Assembly: GCF_009914755.1 (NCBI RefSeq) | Contig: NC_060940.1 | DNA from: the human T2T-CHM13v2.0 reference genome, Homo sapiens | Length of the DNA: 64,000 nt | Direction: 5' to 3' (one strand) | In this document: positions 59,413 to 64,000 of the stretch, piece after piece | How the letters are laid out: each line of letters starts with the position of its first letter | Position numbering within the stretch: the stretch's first letter is position 1 | Made by a program: the position numbers and the translations under genes | Notes under the pieces: model-generated | The model's database searches: none | What the model saw: the letters and a program-made list of their open reading frames with translations, nothing else | Told to the model about the DNA's origin: nothing

Positions 59413-59985
59413 TGGATGATGATTCCACTCGAGTCCATTCGATGATTCCGTTCTAATCCATTCTATGATTCCATTCGAGTCCATTCGATGATTCCATTCG
59501 ATTCCATTCAGTGATGATTCCATTTGATTCCATCTGATGATGATTTCATTTGATTCCATTCGATGATGATTCCATTGGAGTCCATTGAATGATTCAATTC
59601 AATTCCATTCCATGTGGATTCCATTCGAATTCATTCGATTATTCCATTCAAATCCCTTCGTTGATTCCATCTGATTCCACTTGACGATGATTCCATTCAA
59701 GTCCAATCGATGATTCCATTCGGTTCCATTCAATGATTCCATTCGAGTCCATTTATGTATTATATTCGTGTCCACTTGATGACTCACTCCATTCAATTCC
59801 ATTTAATGATGATTCCATTTGATTCCATTTGATGATTCAGTTCGATTCCTTACAATGATTCCCTACGATTCCTTTCTATGATGATTCCATTCGATTCCAT
59901 TCATTGATGATTCCATTCGACTCCATTCGATGATGATTCCTTTCGATTCCATTTGACGATGTTTCCATTTGAGTCCATTCGATGA
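58307..59985 (+). repeat. 836-bp tandem duplication; the second copy carries a 4-bp insertion (gactcactcc near 59781)
   Basis: ORF pairs 58475/59311 and 58763/59599 have offset 836. ccattggtatccattcgacg occurs at ~58315 and ~59151. A partial equivalent lies at ~34925-36030 (ORF starts 35014 and 35850). Confidence 0.88.
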
Positions 59986-62399
59986 TGATTCAATTCAGTT
60001 CTGTTCTATTATGAATCCATTCGATTTCATTCAATGCTTCTATTTGATTCCATTCGACGATGATTCCATCTCTTTCCCTTCGATGATTCCATTTGATTCC
60101 ATTCAGTGATGATTCCATTTGATTCCATCTGATGATGATTTCACTTGATTCATTTCAATGATGATTCCATTCAAGTCCATTCGATGATTCCATTGGAGTC
60201 CAAACGATCATTCCATTCGATTCCATTCAATGATGATTCCATTCATGTCCATTCAATGAATCCTTTCAATTCCATTCGATGATGACTCCATTCGAGTACA
60301 TTCGATGATTCCATTTGATTCCATCTGATGATGATTACATTCAATTCCATTCGAAGATGATTCCATTCAATTCCACTTGATGATGATTCCGTATGAATCC
60401 ATTCGCTGATTATTCCATTCGATTCCATTCATTGACGATTCCATTCGATTCCATTCAATGATGATTCTCTTCTATTGCATTCGATGATTCCGTTCGATTC
60501 CATTCGATGATGATTCCATTAGATTCCATTCGATTGTTGCATTCGATTCCCTTCGATGATGATTCCTTTGAATTCCATTCGATTATGATTCCGTATGAAT
60601 CCATTTGATGATTATTCCATTGGATTCCTTTCGATGATGATTCCATTCGATTCCATTTGATGATGTTTCTCATGTATTCCATTTGATAATTCCTTTCAAT
60701 TCCCTTCGATGATGATTCTTTCGAGTCAATTCGATGATTCTATTCCATTCCCTTCGATGATGATTCCATTTCACTCCATTCGATGATTCCATTCGATTCA
60801 ATTTGGTGATGATTCAATTCGATGACATTCGATGACTCCATTCAATTTCATTTGATGATGATTACATTCGAGTCCATTTGATGATTGTATTCCTTTCCTT
60901 TTGATGATTATTCCATTCGTGTCTATTCAAAGATTCCATTCTATTCCATTCAACGATGATTCCAATTGATTCCATTCAATGATTATGGCTATCGATTCCA
61001 CTCGTTGATTCCATTTGATTCCATTCGATGATTATTCCGTTAGATTCCATTAGGAGATTCCATTCGATTTTATTCAATGATTCCAATTGATTCCATTCAA
61101 TGATGATTCCATTCGACTCCATTCAGTGATTCCATTTGAGTCCATTTGATGATTCCATTCGAGTCCATTTGGTGATTCCATTCTTTTCCATTTGATGATG
61201 ATTCCATTAGGGTCCATTCAATGATTCCATTCGAGTCCATTCGTTAATGCCTTTCGAGTCCTTTTGATCACTACATTCGAGTCCATTCAATGATTCTATT
61301 CGATTCCATTCCATGATGATTCCATTCGAGTTCATTCGATGATTGCATTCGAGTCCATTTGATGATTCCATAAGATTCCATTCGACAATGATTCCATTCG
61401 TGTCCATTTGATGATTCCATTCATTTCCTATCGATGAAGATTCCATTCGAGTGTATTCGATGATTCCATTCAAATCCATTCGATGATGATTCCATTCCAG
61501 TCCATTCGATCATTCCACTTGATTCCATTTGATGACTATTCCATTCAAATCCATTTGATGATTCCATTCGATTCCATTCGATGTTACCATTCCAGTATAT
61601 ACGATGATTCCACTCGATTCCATTTGATGATTATTCCATTGGAGTCGACTTAGTGAATCCTTTAGATTCTACTCGAAGATGATTCCATTCGAGTCCATTC
61701 GATGATACCATTCAATTCCATTCGTTGATGCTTCCATTCAAGTGCATTCGATGATATCATTCGATTCCATTTGATGATAATTCCATTTGATTCCATGTGA
61801 TGATTCTATTCCATTCCATTCAATGATAATTCCATTCAATTCAGTGATTCCTCTGGACTCCATTTGATGATGATTCCATTCAATGATTCCATTCGATTCT
61901 ATTCGAAAATGATTCCATTTGAATCCATTTGATGATGATTCCATTCGATTCCATTTGATGATTCCATTCGATTCCATTCGACGATGATTCCATTCGATTC
62001 CATTTGATGATTCCATTCTATTCTATTCGATGATGATTCCATTCGATTCCATTCGATGATGATTGGATTCGATTCCATTTGATGATTTCATTTGATTCAA
62101 TTCGATGATGATTTCGATCAATTCCATTCGATGATTCCATTCGATTCCATTTGATAATGATTACATCCGAGTCCATTCGATGATTCCATTTGAGCCCGTT
62201 CGATAATTCCATTTGAGTCCAATCAATGATTCCATTCATTTCCATTCAATGATTCCATTCGAGTCCATTTGATCATTCCGGTAGGGTCCGTTCGATGTTG
62301 ATTCCATTGGAGTGCCTTCGATGATTCCATTCGAGTCCATTTTAGGATTTGATTCGAGTCCTTTCGATGATTCCATTCGATTCCACTCGATGATGATTT

Positions 62400-64000
62400 C
62401 ATTCGAGTCCATTCGACACTTCCAATCGATTCCATTTGATGTTTCCATTCGAGTCCAATTGATGATTCCATTCAATTCCATTCGATGATGATTCCGTACG
62501 ATTCCATTCTGTGATGATTCCATGTGATTGCATTCAATGATGATTCCTTTCGATTGCATTCGATTATGATTCATTTCGTGTTCATTCTATGGTTCCACAG
62601 GTTTCACATCGTGTCCATTCCATTATTCCATTCTATTCCATTTGATGATGATTCCATTCGATTCCATTCATTGGTGATTCCACTCAATTCCATTCAATGA
62701 TTCCATTCCATTTCTTTCAACAATGATTCCATTAGTTTCTAATCGATGATCCACTTGATTCCATTTGACGATGATTCCATTCTTGTCCATTCGATGATTC
62801 CATTTGATTCCATATGATGATGATTCCATTCGATTCCACACGATGATTATTCCATTCGAGTCCATTCAATGGTGATTCCATTCAATTCCATTCGATGATT
62901 CCTTTCGATTCCATTTGATGATGATGGCATTCGATTCCTTTCAATCATTCCCTTTGATTCCACTCAAAGGTGATTTCATTCAAGTCCATTCGATAATTGC
63001 ATTCGATTCCATTCTATGATGATTCCATTCGAGTCCATTTGATGATTCCATTCAATTCAAGTCAATGATGATTCCATTCGATTCCATTCGATGATTCCAT
63101 TGGATTCCATTCGATGATGATTCCATTCAAATCCATTCGATAATTCAATTCACGTCCATTCGATGATGATTCCAATCGAATCCATTCAAAGATTCCATTC
63201 AATTCCATTCGATGATTCCCTTAGATTCCATTCGATGATTCCACTTGATTCCATTTACGATGATTCCATTCGATTCCATGTGATGATTCCATTCAATTCT
63301 ATTCAATGATGTTTCCATTTGATTCCATTCGACCATGATTGCCTTTGATTCCATTCAATGATTCCATTCGGTTCCGTTTGATGATGATTCCGTTCGATTC
63401 CATTTGATGATTCCATTTGATTCCATTGGATGAGTCCATTCGATTACATTCGATGATTATTCCATTCGAGTGCATTAGATGATTCCATTCGAGTCCATTC
63501 GATGATTCCATTCGAGTCCATTCGATGATTCCATTCGATTCCATTCGATGTTGATTCTGTTCAAATCCATTCGATGATTCCACTCGATTCCATTCGATGA
63601 CTCCATTTGATCCCATTCGATGATTTCCTTTGATTCCCTTTGATGATCATTCCATTTGATTCAATTCGGTGATTTCATTTGATTCCATTCAGTGATGTTT
63701 CCATTCGACTCCATTCGATGATGATTCCATTCGACTACATTCGATTATGATTTCATTCAATTCCATTCGATAAAGATTCCCTTCGAGTCCAAACTATGAT
63801 TCCATTCGATTCCATTCAACGATGATTTGATTCGTGTCCATTCGATGATTCCATTTGATTCCACTTGATGAGGATTCCATTCGAGTCCATTTGATGATTC
63901 CATTCAATTCCATTCTCCGATGATTTCTTTTGAGCCCATTCAATGCTTCCACTCGATTACATATGATGATGACTCCATTCGATGAAACTCGATGATGATT
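62400..64000 (+). repeat. Copy of ~36380-37983 at offset 26017, running off the window end
   Basis: ORF pairs 36651/62668 and 37282/63299 and ORF starts 36557/62574 share offset 26017. Private variants gtttcacatcgtg and aattcacgtcc are shared. Confidence 0.88.

Larger units (their letters stand above)
1..64000 (+). repeat. Human/primate Satellite II (HSat2/HSATII) pericentromeric tandem array, CATTC strand on +
   Basis: The sequence throughout is variants of ATTCCATTCG-ATTCCATTCG-(ATG)1-2, e.g. GATGATTCCATTCGATTCCATTCGATGATGATTCCATTCGAGTCC. TCGA and GANTC sites are dense. The CATTCGATTC plus GATGAT signature separates it from HSat3, which has long CATTC runs. No GAATG-oriented segment was seen. 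Confidence 0.97.

Noticed and set aside
61644-61649. Apparently private SalI site (GTCGAC) in one copy of the ggagtccacttag module
   Set aside because: It is a single C>G substitution, useful only as a mapping marker. Uniqueness was not verified computationally and there is no functional implication.
226-63616. The many minus-strand ORFs encoding MESSNGIEWNHR-like repeats
   Set aside because: They are direct translations of the GAATG strand, which is rich in ATG and poor in stops. The same low-complexity peptide appears in all three frames, ORF boundaries change between paralogous copies, and there is no gene structure or recognisable domain.
1-64000. CRISPR-like array of short repeats
   Set aside because: There are no unique spacers between conserved repeats, all intervening sequence is itself pentamer-derived, and there are no cas genes or leader.
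1-64000. HSat3 or alpha satellite / CENP-B boxes
   Set aside because: Pure CATTC runs are only about 3 units long (e.g. ~7810, ~10250). No 171-bp alphoid monomer or CENP-B box was seen.
1-64000. Inversion or embedded Alu/L1/ERV
   Set aside because: No GGAAT-oriented tract, poly(A) tail, GC-rich segment or non-satellite island was noticed. Odd k-mers such as ggttccacagg and ggtagggtccg are short, in-phase mutated monomers repeated in each unit.

Overview
The whole 64 kb window is one uninterrupted, single-orientation block of primate (most likely human) pericentromeric classical Satellite II (HSat2/HSATII). It consists of diverged (CATTC)n-derived ~23/26-bp units of the form (ATTCCATTCG)2(ATG)1-2, with CATTC always on the + strand. 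I see no genes, RNA genes, transposon insertions, alpha satellite, CRISPR array or inversions. The 'MESSNGIEWNHR' ORFs are translation artefacts of the stop-poor GAATG strand, but they serve as barcodes for mapping higher-order structure. Their offsets, together with rare sequence variants, suggest the window is a mosaic of walks along a single inferred ~11.8-kb master unit. The mosaic comprises a ~4.13-kb derivative (A), a ~7.15-kb derivative (B), near-full-length copies, recent tandem duplications (7139, 1031 and 836 bp), dispersed duplications (offsets 18421, 23382, 26017 and 44594), templated patches and a recurrent deletion spot. Once or twice per long unit there is a DUX4-consensus site. 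I found no new protein-coding system; the points of interest are array architecture and mutational footprints. All comparisons were by eye and from the supplied ORF track, so breakpoints are approximate.
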